Source: Antedon mediterranea (taxonomy: Eukaryota > Animalia > Echinodermata). From it: a DNA stretch of 64,000 nt. Positions 59,901 through 64,000 of the stretch are shown one piece after another (position 1 is the first letter of the stretch; the number at the start of each line of letters is the position of its first letter). The notes under the pieces were generated by a model. The model made no database searches and was not told where the DNA came from. It saw only the letters and a program-made list of their open reading frames with translations. The stretch covers positions 15,968,948-16,032,947 of the forward strand of contig NC_092673.1 in NCBI RefSeq assembly GCF_964355755.1, given 5' to 3'. A program made the translations under genes and the position numbers.

Positions 59901-62900
59901 GGTTTTTAAGCTATGATCAATCATTAAAAATCATAAAATCGCGCGCAAGTCACGTTGCGCAACTCTGACGTCATTCAAAATAGGAGATGCACAACTTCAC
60001 GTAAATGCCCACATGTTGTCAAAGTTATAAAATGTTATGTTTACACATTTTAGAGAAACGTGACTCACAAAAAAATGGGAAAGAAATAAGAAGAATACAG
60101 AAAAAAAAAAAAAAATATTGATCCACTACAATCACAAGAAGTTATCCGCTACTAAGCGGATAACTAAAAAGATGATGAAACAGGACAGTTACAAGGAGTT
60201 ATCCGCTGAATGCGGATAACTAACTAGACATGAAACTCGTCACTTTGACGAGTTAGTTATCCGCACGACAAACGCCACGTGCACGTCATGCGTTAGAATT
60301 TTGCACACAGAAAAAGATTATGGCATTATGACCTGATCTGAAGAATATAATATGTTGTTAGTGCTGAATTCTATCAATTTTGTGTCATTTAGTACAGTAT
60401 AAACAGTATAATCTGTATACATATTACATACAGTGTAGAATAGGTGAAATTACGGGACCCGCCATTTATTCCATTTTTTAACATGGCGACGGTATCAAAA
60501 TGAAACACTAAAATAACAATTTCGGAAGGATATTATCTCAGCAACAACATATTAGCGAGTAGAAGAAATTTGAATACGTAAAATATAGATGCGCGCCCTT
60601 TTAAATGTGATGAAATATTACGCAAAATATGAAAATACGCCTTTTTTTTATTCAACTGGCCATATGATGACGTCACAACATCCCATTGGCAAAATGTTTA
60701 CATGAATTCGTATCTACAATCCCTTAGCTTCCAGAAAACGTTTTAATCATGATTATCACTTTTTATTCTGATGAGCTATAACAGATTGAAATTTACTGTA
60801 AAGATGAAAATAAGTCACCCACGTTATTTACAATTTTCGACATGATGACGTCATAAAAATTAAAATATTTTTAACTCATGCGAAAGATAGTTCGTTCACC
60901 TAGACAATATCAAAATCGGGGTGAAAATAAAAAACGGATAAGTGGAGATGCGCTCTATTAAATGTGATGCGCTATGACGAAAGATATAAAAATCCTATAT
61001 TTTATATTCGCGTGGCCATACGATGACCTTATAATGTCCGATTAGCCATATTAATGCATGATTCCATATCTACAACTCATCAACTTCCAGAATATATAAT
61101 TTAAAAAAAGTTCACCTCGTAGTTTAGAATCTATGAATGTTTAAAAAAAGGCATAATTTTGACGAATTTTGACAAATTTTTGAACTTTTTCATCAAAAAC
61201 GCACGTAAATTATCCAATTGGATGTGCCCGTATGACGTAATTTTAGGTCAAAATTGTTCAAAAGTTGGTAAAATTACTAGAAAAGGCTGGAAAAACATGA
61301 ATCACGCGAGAAAAATTTATTTTCAACGCTACGTGCGCACCGTGCGAGTAAAAATATGCGCGCGCGTGGGATTTTTTGACTTGCTCAAAATGACATGAAA
61401 CGCGTAGAAAGTTGATTAGAAATTGATTTTTCGCATTTTGAAATTTTAAACGCCCGTGCGCGCGTAACTTCGTGTGAAACATGCCATTTTTTTTCCACAG
61501 TCAGTTAGTGCGAGATATAAATTAAACTTTTGTTAAGTTTCAATTTAAATTGCTATATGGTTTTCGATCTATGTTAAATACGCGAAATTCGTTAAAACGC
61601 GCGTAAATCACGTTGCGCAATTCTGACGTCATTCACAATAGGAGGTGCATAATTTCACGTGAATGCCCACATGTTGACAAAGTTATAAAATGTTTTGTTT
61701 ACAAGTTTTTGAGATACGCGAGACACAAAATTGACAGAAAGAAAGAATAATACAGAAAAAGACTAGATTTGAACTCGTCACTTTGACGAGTTCGGGTTAT
61801 CCGCGCAAACGCAACATGCACATACTTTAAACTATATGAACCTCGACAATTATTATGCCATCCTATGACATGAAATAAACGTGTTTACAGTGCTGAATTG
61901 TACCTATTTTGTAGCATAGAGCATAATTACAGTGTTTACAGAATACACTGTATGTTATATACAGTGTAGCATAGACGAAATTACGAGACCCATCTTTTAA
62001 ATCAAATTATTAACAAGATGACGTCATCAAATTGACATATAAAAATAACAATTTTAGAAGATAATTATCTAAATAATTACATTAAAACAAATTTGAAGAA
62101 TTTTGGGAACGTAAAAGTGAGATGCGCTCTCGTTTAAACGCAATGAACTTTTACGCAAGAGATGAAAATATGACTTTTTGAATTCAACTGGCCATATGAT
62201 GACGTCACAACATCTTATTGACAAAATATTCACATCAATTCGTATCTACAATCCAATAGCTTCCAGAAAACGTTTTAATAATGATTATCACTTTTTAATC
62301 TGACGAGCTATAACAGATTGAAATTTACTGTAAAGATGAAAATAAGTGACCCATGTTATTTACGTTTTTAGACATGATGACGTCATAAAAATTAAAATAT
62401 TTTTAATTCATGCGAAAGATAGTTGATTGACGTAGACAATATTACAATTGCGGGGGGAAATGGAATACGTTTAAGCGAGATGCGCTTTGTTGAATGTGAT
62501 GAGCAATAACGAAAGAGTAAAAAATCCTATATTTTATATTCGGGTGGCCATACGATGACGTCACAATATCCGGTTAGCCATATCAATGCCTGATTCAAGA
62601 AATAAAACTCATCTACTTCCAGAATATGTAATTTAAAAAAAGTTCACCATGTAGTTTAGAATTTATGACTGTTTAAAAAAAGGTCTAATTTTGACAAATT
62701 TTTTAACTTTTTCATAAAAAACGCGTGCAAATTATCCAATTCTACGTGCTCGTATGACGTGATTTTAAGTCGAAATTGTTTGAAAGTTGGTAAAATTACT
62801 AGAGAAGGCTGAAAAAACAAAAATCAAGCAAAAAAAAGACGTTTTTGCGCTACGTGCGCACGCGCGCGTAAAAATATTGCGCACGCGTGGGAATTTTTGA

Positions 62901-64000
62901 AATGCACAAAATGACATGAAACGCGTAGAAAGTTGATTAGAAATTAATTTTGCGCATTTTGAAATTTTGAACGCGCGTGCGCGCGTAACTTTATGTAAAA
63001 CATGCCATTTTTAATCCATAGAAAGTTTGCCCTTGATATAACTTAAATTTTCACCAAGTGTTATTACAAAGTTACTTTTATTTTTTATCCTATGATCAAA
63101 CATTGAAATTCATAAAATCGCGCGTAAGTCACGTTGCGCAACTCTGACGTCATTCAAAATATGGAGGTGCACAACTTCAGGTAAATTTCTATATGATGAC
63201 CAAGTTATACAATCTTATGTTGACAAGGATGAGAGATATGCATGCAACAAAATTCCGGGAAAGAAAGAAGAATAAAGAAGATGAAAAAAAAAAAAAAGAT
63301 ATTTACAATAACAAGGGTTATCCGCAACTTCAAAAGTTGCGGATAACCAACTAGATTTGAACTCGTCACTTTGACGAGTTCGGGTTATCCGCGCAAAGGC
63401 AACATGCACATACTTTAAACTATATGAACTTCGACAAATATTATGCCATCCTATGACATGAATTAAACATGTTTACAGTGCTGAATTGTACCTATTATGT
63501 AGCATACAGCATGTTATAGAATACACTGTTATATGTTATATACAGTGTAGTATAGACGAAATTACGAGACCATCTTTTAAATCCAATTAATAACACGATG
63601 ATGTCATCAAATTGACATATAAAGATAACTATTTTAGAAGATAATTATCTAAATAATAACATTAATACAAATTTGAAGAATTTTGGGCACGTAAAAGTGA
63701 CATGCGCTCTCGTTTAAACGCAATGAACTTTTACGCAAAGGATGAAAATACGACTTTTTTTATTCAACTGGCCATATGATGACGTCACAACATCTGGTTG
63801 GCAAAATATTTACATGAATTCGTATCTACAATTCAATGACTTCCAGAAAACGTTTAAATCATGATTATCACTTTTTATTCTGACGAGATATAACAGATTA
63901 AAATTTACTGTAAAGATGAAAATAAGTGACCCAAGTTGTTTACATTTTTAGACATGATGACGTCATAAAAATTAAAATATTTTAACTCCTGCGAAAGATA
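56996..64000 (+). mobile_element. Head-to-tail array of ~1.6-kb Helentron/HINE-like elements
   Basis: Units start at 56996, 58582, 60222, 61762, 63349. Each has a 5' hairpin aactcgtcactttgacgagtt plus gttatccgc; complete units end in a 3' hairpin gttatccgc-N-gcggataac. No TSDs, no ORF. Confidence 0.85.

Overview
AT-rich, repeat-dense, intron-rich animal genomic DNA; an invertebrate, probably echinoderm-like (inference from gene and TE families). The core is one + strand spliced gene whose 5' end lies upstream of the window. I traced its exons from 2704 to 40034 through canonical AG/GT sites with compatible phases, giving about 1166 aa within the window. Domain order: ankyrin repeats, linker, Roc GTPase (GQEGVGKT / TDGI / WDHGGQ / VGTHKG), COR, Cys-rich segment, tandem death-effector domains (DED-DED). 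There is no kinase. Each ankyrin repeat is one phase 0-0 exon inside a ~1.3-1.5 kb intron+exon unit copied in tandem. Introns and the 3' half of each exon are near-identical, while helix 1 and the adjacent loop vary strongly, always in frame. The array shows mosaic units, a collapsed unit and a co-duplicated LINE. Together this looks like a repeat-shuffling intracellular immune receptor coupled to a DED death module (inference). The rest is TEs: a Kolobok with a decayed KolX gene and related MITEs, five CR1/L2-group LINE insertions (one co-duplicated, one with a 2A-like motif), piggyBac-, Zator-, pogo-, hAT- and MULE-like MITEs, SINEs, minisatellites, and Helentron-like elements. The last group includes a composite carrying tRNA-Val-like copies, a four-level nested insertion and a tandem array from ~57 kb to the end.
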